A DNA stretch of 64,000 bases from NCBI GenBank assembly GCA_964469845.1, contig CAYXZF010000002.1, positions 1,031 through 65,030 on the forward strand, given 5' to 3'. The stretch comes from an uncultured Phocaeicola sp. Lineage in GTDB: Bacteria; Bacteroidota; Bacteroidia; Bacteroidales; Bacteroidaceae. Numbering within the stretch: the stretch's first letter is position 1; each line of letters starts with the position of its first letter. A program made the translations under genes and the position numbers. A model generated the notes under the pieces. The model did no database searches, was not told the origin of the DNA, and worked only from the letters and a program-made list of their open reading frames with translations. Below are positions 1 to 10,710 of this stretch, in pieces.

Positions 1-205
1 GGAAAGTGAGCACACGCACCGCAATGCTGCCAATCTGATAATGACCGCAAGCGATGAATTCCTTCTTCGAGGTATATACATCCACGATTTCGCCTTCTTC
101 GGGTTCGCCTTCGATGCGTGCGATGGCACCGGAAAACACCCACGGGTGGAAACGCTTCAACGAGTCTTCCTTGCCCGGTTTGAGATATACTTTTTTATAG
201 GACAT
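1..205 (-). CDS. rlmI: Class I SAM-dependent rRNA methyltransferase, RlmI-like, N-terminal (PUA) fragment; the gene runs off the window start
   Basis: Reverse-strand ATG at 203-205. Translation MSYKKVYLKPGKEDSLKRFHPWVFSGAIARIEGEPEEGEIVDVY... parallels the E. coli RlmI N-terminus (..SLLRRHPWVFSGAV..). It is absent from the ORF track because it is cut by the window edge. Confidence 0.7.
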   Translation of the reverse strand, partial: MSYKKVYLKPGKEDSLKRFHPWVFSGAIARIEGEPEEGEIVDVYTSKKEFIACGHYQIGSIAVRVLTF

Positions 206-213
206 ATCTTGAA

Positions 214-870
214 TTATAAGTTTTTTGATAATGATTGACGGAACTCGGATTCCGTCTTTTGAACAATAAGTTCATAGTCGCCGGTACGCTCCATTTCCGA
301 CAGGCATTCATAAATGCGTACACAAGCCCAAGCATCGGTTGCCGCATACATACACTGCCCCTCGGTTAGGGTTTCCGCCTCCCAGTTAGACAAGCGCTGG
401 CTCTTTGATATTTTCCGGCCGAAAAGATTAGCATAGATTTTTTGCAAACTCCGGTCCTCAATACCGAAACGAGACACATAGTCTTGAAGTTCCACCCAGT
501 TGCCGTTTTCCGTATGTACTTCTTTCCGGCGGCGTATCATCATAAAGTCATCCTTCAACGAAAGCCCTACTTTCAGCACATCGCCCGCAAGAAAATCTTC
601 CAGAGATTCGGGCATGCCGATGCGATTCAAACGAAAAAGGAAACAAGTATCTTCCGTCGAAATCTGTAGCAAGGCAACTTTGTGAGAGGTACCTCGCCGG
701 AAAGAAGGTCGGGTTTCCGTATCCACCCCCACAATGCGACAAGTATTCAGATAATCCACCGCCTTGGCTGCCTCCGCTTCTGTATAGACCACAAAGATGC
801 GTCCCGGAAAACAAGCTCTCGGCAAATCGGCTATTTCAGCCTTTGCTATGGTATTCTTGATTCGTTTCAT
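214..870 (-). CDS. 3'-5' exonuclease domain protein (RNase D / DEDD-like)
   Basis: ORF 214..882. VGVDTETRP Exo-I-like motif and YAATDAW Exo-III-like motif. Start chosen at MKRIKN (870) because it forms an ATGA overlap with the stop of the upstream gene (867-869). Confidence 0.8.
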   Translation of the reverse strand: MKRIKNTIAKAEIADLPRACFPGRIFVVYTEAEAAKAVDYLNTCRIVGVDTETRPSFRRGTSHKVALLQISTEDTCFLFRLNRIGMPESLEDFLAGDVLKVGLSLKDDFMMIRRRKEVHTENGNWVELQDYVSRFGIEDRSLQKIYANLFGRKISKSQRLSNWEAETLTEGQCMYAATDAWACVRIYECLSEMERTGDYELIVQKTESEFRQSLSKNL

Positions 871-1436
871 GACCACCCCCATTCATCATTGTTCGCATCC
901 GCCTCTTCTTCCTGAGCTTCCGCCGAATTGTACTTCACATCGTGCAACGCACGAAGAGTATTCACCAAACGTTGTCCCCAAAACTCGGCAAAGTGTTCCT
1001 TGCATACACAAAGCGAATCGTTCATGGTGACATTCAATCCTAACCGGAACACACCGATAAAATCTTTCAAATCTTGATAAATATCGGCCAAATCTTCGGA
1101 TATGCACTTCTTGATGGGCGTATCGCTGTAAGCCATGTCGGGCAAGAAAACTTCCAAATAATCATCCTGCGCCCCCATCACATCGGCTACTGCTCTACGC
1201 ACCGATTCGTAATCGTCTTCGGTTACCATCACTTCAAGATCATCCTCGCCCATCATTTCACATTCCGGAAGAAGAGACGCTTTGAGGTAAAGCAAAGGCA
1301 ATAATTTGAGTGCCGTATCAACGAAAGCCGTTCGTTGCGCACCTCTCGAACGCTCTATGAACGCACAATACTCGGCGGCTACGGTCACAAATTCTATCGA
1401 ATTTTTATCAAATATAACTTGACTTGTCTGTTCCAT
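867..1436 (-). CDS. Conserved hypothetical protein (DUF5063-like by recollection)
   Basis: ORF 867..1487. Start chosen at MEQTSQVIFDK (1436), since the upstream extension looks hydrophobic and non-native. Translationally coupled to the exonuclease gene. Confidence 0.6.
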   Translation of the reverse strand: MEQTSQVIFDKNSIEFVTVAAEYCAFIERSRGAQRTAFVDTALKLLPLLYLKASLLPECEMMGEDDLEVMVTEDDYESVRRAVADVMGAQDDYLEVFLPDMAYSDTPIKKCISEDLADIYQDLKDFIGVFRLGLNVTMNDSLCVCKEHFAEFWGQRLVNTLRALHDVKYNSAEAQEEEADANNDEWGWS

Positions 1437-1540
1437 ATCTATAAAATTGAGCCGCAAAGTTAAGAAAAAAGCAAAGAAATATCTCATTTATTGCTAATTT
1501 TCATGTACATTTGCGAAAGAATAAATTAGAATACATAAAT

Positions 1541-3997
1541 ATGGCGAAGAAAAAAACAGAAAAGGCTACAGAGCCGACAGAAATAAAGAGTAATAAAATA
1601 AAGACGTTCATCCAAAACGAAACAACCCATTTCGTCGTCGGATTGGTTTGTGTGATATTTGCCGTATATCTGCTATTGGCATTTACTTCATTCTTTTTCA
1701 CCGGAGCAGCTGACCAAAGCATATTGGACAACCAACTGCCCGGCGAACTGATGCAGACCACCAATCACGTAAAGAACTATGCCGGAGCACGCGGAGCACA
1801 GTTGGCCGAGTACCTCATCAACGGATGTTTCGGAATAGCGGCCTATTTCTTGGTACTCTGTCTGGCGGTGTCGGGCATGAGATTGATGCGTGCCTACCGC
1901 TTCCGTATTTGGAAATGGTTCATGTCTTGTACGGTAATGACTATTTGGTTCTCCATCTTTTTGGGATTTGTGTTCGAAAGTACGTTCAGCGGAACGCATG
2001 TTTATCCGGGAGGATTGCACGGCTACAATGTAAGCCGATGGTTGGCATCGCAGGTAGGCACGACTGGAGTGTGGCTTCTGTTGCTGACTACAGCCATTCT
2101 GTTTTTCGTTTACTTGAGCAGCGAAACCATGAAAGTGGTTCGTAAAGCCTTGCATCCGGAGTTCAATAAAAAACCTAAAGAACCTCAAAATCAGCCCGAA
2201 GATACAACAGCAAATCCTGACCCGGGACCGGTTGCACAGCAACCTTATACCGATCCGCAACCGATGGAAGTGATGTTTGATGTGCCAACGGAACCAAGAC
2301 AAGAGGAAAACAGTGAACCGGAAGCAGTCTTCCCCTTTGACGAACCGAAGGTGGAAGAACCCGAACCGAGTCCGACACCCGCAACGGAGAACAACGACAA
2401 AGAAGTTTCCGCCACCCCCGAACCCGACTTCATCATCACCGATGAACACACAGAAGACGATGAAGCTTACAACGGTCCGACACAGGAACCGTACAACCCC
2501 CGTCTGGATTTGGAAAACTACAAATTTCCTCCTCTCAACCTGTTGGAATCATACGATGAAAGCGACATCGCCATCGATATGGAAGAACAAAACGCCAACA
2601 AAAATCGCATCATCGAAGTGTTGCGCAACTTTGACATCGAAATCAGTTCCATCAAGGCAAGCGTAGGTCCTACCGTGACACTCTACGAAATTACTCCGGC
2701 ACCAGGTGTACGCATCGCCAAAATCCGCAACTTGGAAGATGACATCGCACTGAGCATCGCCGCCCTCGGCATCCGTATCATCGCGCCCATTCCGGGCAAA
2801 GGAACCATCGGTATCGAAGTGCCGAACGCCAAACCGCGCATTGTGCCCATGCAGTCTATCCTGAACAGCAAGAAGTTTCAAGAAACAACCATGGAGTTGC
2901 CCATCGCCTTAGGAAAGACCATTACAAACGAAGTGTATATGGTGGACTTGGCCAAGGCGCCGCACATGCTGATTGCCGGTGCTACCGGTCAAGGAAAATC
3001 CGTCGGTCTGAACGCCATCGTTACTTCCTTATTATATAAGAAGCATCCGGCGGAACTGAAATTTGTTATTGTAGACCCGAAGAAAGTGGAATTTTCGGTC
3101 TATGCACCGATAGAACGTCACTTCCTTGCCAAACTGCCCGATGGCGAAGATGCCATCATCACCGATGGTGACAAAGTGGTGCAAACACTCAACTCGCTCT
3201 GCCAAGAAATGGACACTCGATACGACTTACTGAAAAAGGCCGGATGCCGTAATATAAAGGAATATAACAGCAAGTTTATCAGCCGCAAACTGAACCCGGA
3301 AAAGGGACATCACTTCATGCCTTACATCGTGATTATCATCGATGAGTTCGGCGACCTGATTATGACCGCAGGCAAGGAAGTGGAACTGCCCATTTGCCGC
3401 ATCGCCCAGTTGGCGCGTGCCGTGGGTATCCATGCCATCATCGCCACCCAGCGACCGACGACAAACATCATCACCGGTACCATCAAGGCGAACTTCCCCG
3501 CACGTGTAGCCTTCCGGGTAGCCGCCATGATGGACTCACGCACCATTCTCGACCGTAGCGGTGCACAGCAGCTTATCGGTAAAGGAGACATGCTTTATCT
3601 GCAAGGGAATGACCCGGTGCGCGTACAATGCGCCTTTGTCGATACTCCCGAAGTAGAACGCATCGCCAACTATATCAGCAAGCAGCAAGGGTATCCGACA
3701 GCCTTTATGCTGCCCGAAGTAGAAAGCGAAGAAGGAGAAAGTTCTGTCGGCGATGTAGACATGAATCGTTTGGATCCGATGCTTCGCGAAGCCGCCGAAC
3801 TGGTTGTGGCTCACCAGCAAGGTTCCACTTCACTCATTCAGCGCAAGTTCTCCATCGGTTACAATCGGGCCGGACGCATCATGGATCAGTTGGAACGAAT
3901 CGGGGTGGTAGGTCCTTCTCAAGGAAGCAAAGCCCGCGATGTGCTTTGCATAGACTTGACTGATTTGAATATGCGTTGGAATAATATACAACAATAG
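1541..3997 (+). CDS. ftsK: DNA translocase FtsK/SpoIIIE
   Basis: N-terminal TM helices, a Pro/Glu-rich linker, Walker A GATGQGKSV, Walker B IIIDEFGDL and a C-terminal gamma wHTH (STSLIQRKFSIGYNRAGRIMDQLE). ATG at 1541 preferred over TTG at 1511. Confidence 0.93.
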   Translation: MAKKKTEKATEPTEIKSNKIKTFIQNETTHFVVGLVCVIFAVYLLLAFTSFFFTGAADQSILDNQLPGELMQTTNHVKNYAGARGAQLAEYLINGCFGIAAYFLVLCLAVSGMRLMRAYRFRIWKWFMSCTVMTIWFSIFLGFVFESTFSGTHVYPGGLHGYNVSRWLASQVGTTGVWLLLLTTAILFFVYLSSETMKVVRKALHPEFNKKPKEPQNQPEDTTANPDPGPVAQQPYTDPQPMEVMFDVPTEPRQEENSEPEAVFPFDEPKVEEPEPSPTPATENNDKEVSATPEPDFIITDEHTEDDEAYNGPTQEPYNPRLDLENYKFPPLNLLESYDESDIAIDMEEQNANKNRIIEVLRNFDIEISSIKASVGPTVTLYEITPAPGVRIAKIRNLEDDIALSIAALGIRIIAPIPGKGTIGIEVPNAKPRIVPMQSILNSKKFQETTMELPIALGKTITNEVYMVDLAKAPHMLIAGATGQGKSVGLNAIVTSLLYKKHPAELKFVIVDPKKVEFSVYAPIERHFLAKLPDGEDAIITDGDKVVQTLNSLCQEMDTRYDLLKKAGCRNIKEYNSKFISRKLNPEKGHHFMPYIVIIIDEFGDLIMTAGKEVELPICRIAQLARAVGIHAIIATQRPTTNIITGTIKANFPARVAFRVAAMMDSRTILDRSGAQQLIGKGDMLYLQGNDPVRVQCAFVDTPEVERIANYISKQQGYPTAFMLPEVESEEGESSVGDVDMNRLDPMLREAAELVVAHQQGSTSLIQRKFSIGYNRAGRIMDQLERIGVVGPSQGSKARDVLCIDLTDLNMRWNNIQQ

Positions 3998-4034
3998 ATA
4001 AAATCATTTGTTACAACAAAAACTTGAACGGATT

Positions 4035-4637
4035 ATGAAAAGACAATGGATATTATGGATAATAGCTCTCCTCCCCTACTGCCTTTATGCGCAGCAGGAT
4101 GTCAAGGCTGCCGAAATACTTGACAAAGTGATTGCGCCATTAAAGGAAGGTGGCATCCGAACCGAGTTTACAGGGACAGAAAACGGTCTCCTGCTGCTGA
4201 AAGGAAAGAAATTCTACTTGCACAGTGGCAATGTACAAAGTTGGTACGATGGAAATACACTGTGGAGCTACACGGCCGACAACGAAGAAGTAAACATCAG
4301 TTGCCCCACTTCCGAAGAGTTGCAAGCCATCAACCCTTACCTCTTGCTGACCAACTACAAGACCGACTATTACTATACTTGCAAGGAAACGGTCGGTTCA
4401 AACGGAGCGGAAAGATATGAAATTACCCTCCTCCCTCAAAAACCGGATACGCAAGACATCATTCGCCTGGTTATCAGTAAAGACTATCGCCCCCGCTCCA
4501 TCAAAGTGGAACGCAACGGACGAACAGTGAGCGACATCAACATCCGTGTTTACAAGACCCGACAAAAGCTGGAGGACAGTATGTTTCGGTTCAACAAGAC
4601 ACTCTACCCGCAAGCCGAAATCATAGACCTTCGATAA
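4035..4637 (+). CDS. LolA-like outer-membrane lipoprotein carrier family protein
   Basis: Signal peptide MKRQWILWIIALLPYCLYAQ. Size (about 200 aa) and position directly after ftsK are typical of Bacteroidales lolA-like genes. Confidence 0.65.
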   Translation: MKRQWILWIIALLPYCLYAQQDVKAAEILDKVIAPLKEGGIRTEFTGTENGLLLLKGKKFYLHSGNVQSWYDGNTLWSYTADNEEVNISCPTSEELQAINPYLLLTNYKTDYYYTCKETVGSNGAERYEITLLPQKPDTQDIIRLVISKDYRPRSIKVERNGRTVSDINIRVYKTRQKLEDSMFRFNKTLYPQAEIIDLR

Positions 4638-4681
4638 CATATAAAAATAAATATCAGAGAACAATAAAAGGAGTTAAGATT

Positions 4682-5629
4682 ATGAGTACAGAAAGAGTAA
4701 AATGCCTGATTATCGGTTCAGGCCCCGCAGGCTATACAGCCGCCATCTATACCGGTCGTGCAAACATCAACCCGGTGCTTTACGAAGGCATCCAGCCCGG
4801 TGGTCAGCTGACCATTACGACAGAAGTAGAAAACTTTCCGGGCTATCCCGACGGTATCGCCGGCACACAACTGATGGACGACCTGCGCCAACAAGCCGAA
4901 CGGTTCGGCGTGGAAATCCGAACAGGTATCGTAACCCGAGTAGACTTCAGCGAACGTCCCTATAAAATCACCATTGACGATGAAAAGGAACTGGAAGCCG
5001 AAACCGTGATTATCTCAACCGGTGCATCCGCCAAGTACCTCGGCCTGGAGGATGAAAAGAAATACGCCGGCATGGGAGTCAGTGCTTGCGCCACTTGCGA
5101 TGGTTTCTTCTATCGCAAGAAAGTGGTGGCCGTAGTAGGCGGTGGCGATACCGCTTGCGAAGAAGCCATCTATCTGGCGGGATTGGCCAATCAGGTTTAC
5201 CTGATTGTCCGCAAACCGTATCTTCGCGCTTCACAAATCATGCAGGAACGTGTGATGAATCACCCGAAGATTCAGGTGCTGTTCGAACACAACACCGTAG
5301 GTCTGTTTGGCGAAAACGGTGTGGAGGGCATCCATCTCGTCAAGCGCAAAGGCGAGCCCGATGAAGAATACTACGATTTGGCCATCGACGGCTTCTTCCT
5401 GGCCATCGGACACAACCCCAACTCGGAAGTGTTCAAACCGTGGATTGACACGGACGAAGTGGGCTACATCATTACCGAGGGAAACAGTCCGCGTACCAAG
5501 GTTCCAGGTGTATTTGCAGCCGGCGACGTAGCCGACCCGCACTATCGCCAGGCCATCACCGCCGCAGGAAGTGGCTGTAAAGCAGCCATCGAAGCCGAGC
5601 GCTTCCTTTCTGCCAACGGATTGCTTTAA
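4682..5629 (+). CDS. trxB: Thioredoxin-disulfide reductase
   Basis: GSGPAGYTAA FAD motif, CATCDG redox-active disulfide, GGGDTACEEA NADPH motif; 315 aa. Confidence 0.95.
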   Translation: MSTERVKCLIIGSGPAGYTAAIYTGRANINPVLYEGIQPGGQLTITTEVENFPGYPDGIAGTQLMDDLRQQAERFGVEIRTGIVTRVDFSERPYKITIDDEKELEAETVIISTGASAKYLGLEDEKKYAGMGVSACATCDGFFYRKKVVAVVGGGDTACEEAIYLAGLANQVYLIVRKPYLRASQIMQERVMNHPKIQVLFEHNTVGLFGENGVEGIHLVKRKGEPDEEYYDLAIDGFFLAIGHNPNSEVFKPWIDTDEVGYIITEGNSPRTKVPGVFAAGDVADPHYRQAITAAGSGCKAAIEAERFLSANGLL

Positions 5630-5661
5630 AACAAGAACACGATTCATTTAAATCTATCAAC

Positions 5662-8487
5662 ATGAAAAAGTTAGTCAAAAGAACTTTTGCTGCAATGGTA
5701 TTACTGGGCAGCTTTGCAACGGCATCGGCCCAGCAGCCTCAAATGCCTCCTATCCCGACAGACCCCAATGTCCGTATCGGTAAATTGGATAACGGATTGA
5801 CTTACTACATCCGCCACAATGAACTGCCCGAAAAACGGGCCGACTTCTACATCGCACAGAAAGTGGGTTCCATTTTGGAAGAAGATAACCAGCGAGGATT
5901 GGCTCACTTCCTGGAACACATGTGTTTCAATGGAACCACCCACTTCCCCGGCAAGGGTATCATCAACTGGCTGGAGACCATCGGAGTTCGCTTCGGCGAG
6001 AACTTGAACGCATACACCAGCATTGATGAAACCGTTTATAATATCGACAACGTGCCCGTCATCCGTGACGGCATTGTGGATTCCTGTCTGCTCATTCTGC
6101 ACGACTGGGCGAACGACCTGACCCTCGACCCGAAAGAGATTGATAACGAGCGCGGCGTTATCCACGAAGAATGGCGTACCGGTCAGGGTGCTATGATGCG
6201 CATGTACGAACAAGCACTTCCGAAAGCATTCAAAGGCAGCAAATACGGTCATCGCCTGCCCATCGGCACCATCGAAGTCATTGACAACTTCCCGTATCAG
6301 GCTCTCCGGGACTATTACGAAAAGTGGTATCGTCCCGACCAGCAAGGCATCGTGGTAGTGGGCGATATTGACGTAAATAAGGTAGAAACCAAAATCAAGG
6401 AAATGTTCTCTTCGATTGAAATGCCCGCCAATGCCGCCAAACGTGTGTATGAACAGATTCCCGACAACAAAGAACCCATCATCACCATTGCCAAAGACAA
6501 AGAACAACCTTCAACGATGATTTACGTCTGGCACAAGCATCCGGCTACCCCGAACGAAGCCAAAGGAAACATCGGTTATCTGGCACAGAACTATATGCTC
6601 TCCATGATTTCCCAAATGCTGAACGCCCGTTTGGATGAACTCCGTCAGACTGCCAACCCTCCTTATGTTATGGCTGCAACCGAAGATACCGACTTCTTGT
6701 TGGCGAAAACAACCCAAGCATTTGCCGGCATCGTTGTCAGCAAGGAAGACGGAATACCCACCGCTTTCTCGGCGTTGGTTCGCGAAATCGAGCGCGCCCG
6801 CAAATTCGGATTCACCGCCTCGGAATATGCCCGTGCCAAAGCTGATTATCTTCGCACCTTGGAATCGAGCTACAACGAACGCGAAAAAGTGAAGAACAAT
6901 CAGTATGTAGAAGAATACATCCGCCATTTCATTGACAACGAGCCGATACCGGGAATCGAAACCAAATATGCTTTGATGAACCAATTGGCTACAAATATCC
7001 CGGTGGAAGCTATCAACAGCCTCCTCCCGCAACTGATAACCGATGAAAACATCGTCATCAACATCTTCGGTCCGGACAAGGAAGGCATGGTCTATCCGAC
7101 GGAAGCCGAAATCCTTGACATCTTGAAGAACACCAAGGCAGAAAATATCACCGCATACGTAGACAAAGTATCGGATGAACCCTTAATGAAAGAAACTCCG
7201 ACCGCCGGTAAGGTTATAAAGACCGAAGAAGGTCCGTTCGGTTCCACGGTGTGGACACTGTCGAACGGTGTGCGTGTTGTATTGAAGCCGACCAATTACA
7301 AGGCTGACGAAATCCGTATGCGCGCTTTCAGTCCCGGCGGCTCCTCTGTATTCGGGACCAACGAACCGATTCAAGTCAAGACGCTGAATGCGGTAGCCGG
7401 TCTGGGCGGTCTGGGTAATTTCAGCAAGGTGGATTTGGAAAAGGTACTTGCCGGTAAGAAAGCAAATGTCAGTGCAAGCATCAACAGTTTGTCGGAAGGA
7501 CTGAACGGTAATTGCTCGCCCAAGGATTTTGAGACGTTGATGCAACTCACTTACCTGACATTCACTTCACCGCGTATGGATCAAGACGCTTTCGCTTCTT
7601 ACAAGAACCGTACAAAAGCCAATCTGGCCAACCAAGAAGCCAATCCGATGACTGCGTTGGTAGATACGTTGAACCAAGCCATGTATTCCAACCATCCGAT
7701 GGCTATCCGTTTGAAAGCTGACATGATTGACCAAATCAACTACGACCGCATCATGGAAATGTACAAGAATCGTTTCATGGATGCAGGCGACTTCACTTTC
7801 CTGTTTGTTGGAAACATCAACCCAAACGAAGTGAAGCCATTGATTGAAACCTACTTAGGCGGTCTGCCTACCGGCAAACGCGTAGAGAACTTCAAGGATA
7901 TTCAGTTGGACATCCGCAAAGGTGCCTATAAAAATGTCTTTGAAAAGCAGATGGAAACCCCGAAAGCAACCGTATTGCTCATCATCAGCGGCAAGTGCGA
8001 CTACAACTTGAAAAACAGTCTGATGATGACCATCCTGTCGCAAAGCATGGACATGGTTTACACCGAAGAAGTGCGTGAAAAGGAAGGGGGAACGTATGGA
8101 GTCGGTACGGGCGGAAGTCTGAGCCGTTATCCGAAAGACGATGAAGCCATCTTACAGATACAGTTTGATACAGACCCGAACCGTCTCGAACAGATGGTGG
8201 GAATCATCACCGGCGAACTGAAGAAAGTAGCCGAACAGGGGCCTAATCCCGAACATATTAATAAGGTAAAGGAATTCCTGTTAAAGAAACACCTCGAACT
8301 GGAAAAAGAGAACGGTTACTGGCTGGGAGCACTGAACAATTACTATTGGTATCATGCCGATATGGACACGAACTACGAAGAAGTGCTGAACAGCATCACA
8401 GCCGATGACATCAAAAACTTCACCAAGGCTTTACTCGAACAAGGTAACTGTATCGAAGTAAGCATGACTTGCAACGAAAAGAAATGA
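5662..8487 (+). CDS. Secreted M16 family zinc peptidase (insulinase/pitrilysin-like, PqqL-type)
   Basis: Signal peptide followed by the inverted zincin motif HFLEHMCF (HxxEH). 941 aa, two-lobed M16 architecture. Confidence 0.9.
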   Translation: MKKLVKRTFAAMVLLGSFATASAQQPQMPPIPTDPNVRIGKLDNGLTYYIRHNELPEKRADFYIAQKVGSILEEDNQRGLAHFLEHMCFNGTTHFPGKGIINWLETIGVRFGENLNAYTSIDETVYNIDNVPVIRDGIVDSCLLILHDWANDLTLDPKEIDNERGVIHEEWRTGQGAMMRMYEQALPKAFKGSKYGHRLPIGTIEVIDNFPYQALRDYYEKWYRPDQQGIVVVGDIDVNKVETKIKEMFSSIEMPANAAKRVYEQIPDNKEPIITIAKDKEQPSTMIYVWHKHPATPNEAKGNIGYLAQNYMLSMISQMLNARLDELRQTANPPYVMAATEDTDFLLAKTTQAFAGIVVSKEDGIPTAFSALVREIERARKFGFTASEYARAKADYLRTLESSYNEREKVKNNQYVEEYIRHFIDNEPIPGIETKYALMNQLATNIPVEAINSLLPQLITDENIVINIFGPDKEGMVYPTEAEILDILKNTKAENITAYVDKVSDEPLMKETPTAGKVIKTEEGPFGSTVWTLSNGVRVVLKPTNYKADEIRMRAFSPGGSSVFGTNEPIQVKTLNAVAGLGGLGNFSKVDLEKVLAGKKANVSASINSLSEGLNGNCSPKDFETLMQLTYLTFTSPRMDQDAFASYKNRTKANLANQEANPMTALVDTLNQAMYSNHPMAIRLKADMIDQINYDRIMEMYKNRFMDAGDFTFLFVGNINPNEVKPLIETYLGGLPTGKRVENFKDIQLDIRKGAYKNVFEKQMETPKATVLLIISGKCDYNLKNSLMMTILSQSMDMVYTEEVREKEGGTYGVGTGGSLSRYPKDDEAILQIQFDTDPNRLEQMVGIITGELKKVAEQGPNPEHINKVKEFLLKKHLELEKENGYWLGALNNYYWYHADMDTNYEEVLNSITADDIKNFTKALLEQGNCIEVSMTCNEKK

Positions 8488-9980
8488 TGTATCAACTCTA
8501 CAAAACTATCAAGAATAACCAGAAACTTGCAGCAAAGCGGAACCCGGCGTTCGACACGAACCGCTTTGCCAAGTTTTTGATGTATTTCATGATGATATAT
8601 TGGGCAACATTATTCCTGTTTTTGGGGGTAACGCTGCCCTTTATGTTTATGGAAATAGTTCCCAATATGGAACCTTATCATATCATGAATCAAGGATTTG
8701 TATATGTTCTGCTGGCCGATTTTCTGCTCCGTTTCATCGGACAACCTTCGGTTGGTCAGGAACTGAAGCCCTATCTGCTGATGCCTGTACGCAAGCACAA
8801 ACTTATCAGTTTGCTACTGTTCCGTTCGGCGTTAGACAGTTATAACTTTATCTGGTTCTTTGTTTATGTACCTTTTGCTTTCCTTACAATCATTCGCTTC
8901 TATGGATTCGGAGGTATGTTCCTCTACTTGCTGGGCGTATGGTTACTGATGGTGATGAACAACTATTGGTATCTGCTCTGCAAAATGCTGTTGGGAGAAA
9001 AGATCTTATGGATACTCCTGCCCATCGGCTTGTATCTGGGACTGGGCGTCGCTGAATTTCTTCCCGACGGTCTGCCGGTCAGCCGTTTCACCATGAATCT
9101 GGGCGAAGGCTTCATCGAAGGAAACCCACTCAGTTTTCTTACCGTTCTGGCTGCCATCGCAGTCTTGTTTCTCATCCATCTGAGACTCCAGCAGAAGCTT
9201 ATTTATGATGAAATCTCCAAGGCAAAAGACACACGAATGAAACGCATGTCGGAATATAAGTTCCTCGACCGCTATGGCGAAGTAGGCGAATATCTCCGAC
9301 TGGAGCTGAAATTGATAGCCCGCAACAAAACGGTGAGAACCCAGTTCCGCATGGGTTTCATCGTGATGATTGCTTTCTCCATGGTGGTTGCGTTCACCGA
9401 TTTGTATGACGGTACGGGTATGATAAACTTCATCTGCTTGTACAATTACGCCATTCTGCCCATCATGACTTTGGGACAAGTGATGAATTTCGAAGGCAAC
9501 TACATAGACGGACTAATCAGCCGAAAAGAATCCATCTATAATTTGCTTCGCGCCAAGTATTACCTGACCACGTGCATCATCTTCATCCCTTTCTTCTTCA
9601 TGCTGTTCCCTGTATGCAAAGAGAAGATAACGTTGTTAATGGCTGTGGCTTACTTAGTGTTCGTGACAGGATTTGTATTCTTCATGCTACTGCAACTGGC
9701 CGTGTACAATACACGTACCCTTCCACTGAATGCCAACCTGATGACAAGCAACAAAAGCAGTAATTGGATTCAAGGACTGATAACCGGTTGCGCCTTCGCC
9801 CTGCCTTTGCTCATCAACACCCTGCTTACCACCTTCTGTACGGAGGAAACATCGCAAATCATTCTGATTGTGATAGGGCTCGGATTCATCATCACGCACA
9901 ATCTCTGGATTAAAAACATTTACAAGCGTTTCATGAAACGCCGATATAAGAATATGGAAGAATTCCGTGCATCAAGATAG
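8484..9980 (+). CDS. Polytopic membrane protein (DUF5687-like), putative permease partner of the downstream ABC ATPase
   Basis: ORF 8469..9980. Many hydrophobic helices. ATG at 8484 overlaps the M16 stop (ATGA), indicating translational coupling. Confidence 0.7.
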   Translation: MMYQLYKTIKNNQKLAAKRNPAFDTNRFAKFLMYFMMIYWATLFLFLGVTLPFMFMEIVPNMEPYHIMNQGFVYVLLADFLLRFIGQPSVGQELKPYLLMPVRKHKLISLLLFRSALDSYNFIWFFVYVPFAFLTIIRFYGFGGMFLYLLGVWLLMVMNNYWYLLCKMLLGEKILWILLPIGLYLGLGVAEFLPDGLPVSRFTMNLGEGFIEGNPLSFLTVLAAIAVLFLIHLRLQQKLIYDEISKAKDTRMKRMSEYKFLDRYGEVGEYLRLELKLIARNKTVRTQFRMGFIVMIAFSMVVAFTDLYDGTGMINFICLYNYAILPIMTLGQVMNFEGNYIDGLISRKESIYNLLRAKYYLTTCIIFIPFFFMLFPVCKEKITLLMAVAYLVFVTGFVFFMLLQLAVYNTRTLPLNANLMTSNKSSNWIQGLITGCAFALPLLINTLLTTFCTEETSQIILIVIGLGFIITHNLWIKNIYKRFMKRRYKNMEEFRASR

Positions 9981-9989
9981 AACTGAATT

Positions 9990-10694
9990 ATGGAAATAAA
10001 GATAGAACAACTCAAAAAGAACTTCGGCGAAAAATCCGCCGTAGACATTGACAATTACACCATCCACAGCGGCGATATGCTGGGGTTGGTAGGCAACAAC
10101 GGAGCCGGTAAGACCACCCTTTTCCGTTTGATGCTCGATTTGCTGAAAGCAGACAACGGAACGGTACATATCGGAGCAGACAATGTAAGCGAAAACGAAG
10201 ACTGGAAAGCGCATACCGGCGCATTCATCGATGACGGTTTTCTGATTGATTACCTCACTCCGGAAGAGTACTTTCACTTTGTAGGAAAGATGTACAGCCT
10301 GAAAAAAGAAGAAGTAGACGAAAGGGTGGCATTGTTTGAACGATTCATGAATGGAGAAGTCATCGGTCACAAGAAGCTCATCCGCGACTATTCGGCAGGA
10401 AACAAGCAGAAGATTGGCATCATCTCCGCCCTCCTCCACCAACCGCAAGTGTTGATTCTCGATGAACCGTTCAACTTCCTCGACCCGAGTTCACAGTCTG
10501 TCATCAAGCATCTGCTGAAAGAATACAACCAACAGACCGGTGCCACCATCCTTGTTTCAAGCCACAACTTGAATCATACGGTGGATGTCTGCCCGCGTAT
10601 CGCCTTGATGGAACACGGACACATCATCCGTAACATCGACAATCACGATGGTTTGGCCGAAAAAGAACTGGAAGAATACTTTAATGTTGATTAA
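9990..10694 (+). CDS. ABC transporter ATP-binding protein (ABC-2/BcrA-like)
   Basis: Walker A GNNGAGKTT, signature-like YSAGNKQK, Walker B LILDEPF, H-loop SSHNL. Confidence 0.92.
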   Translation: MEIKIEQLKKNFGEKSAVDIDNYTIHSGDMLGLVGNNGAGKTTLFRLMLDLLKADNGTVHIGADNVSENEDWKAHTGAFIDDGFLIDYLTPEEYFHFVGKMYSLKKEEVDERVALFERFMNGEVIGHKKLIRDYSAGNKQKIGIISALLHQPQVLILDEPFNFLDPSSQSVIKHLLKEYNQQTGATILVSSHNLNHTVDVCPRIALMEHGHIIRNIDNHDGLAEKELEEYFNVD

Positions 10695-10710
10695 TCAGAA
10701 AACAGTCCAC

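Noticed and set aside
41-238. 65-aa plus-strand ORF at the window start.
   Set aside because: It lies antisense to the clearly RlmI-like N-terminal coding sequence (1-205, minus strand) and has no motif support.
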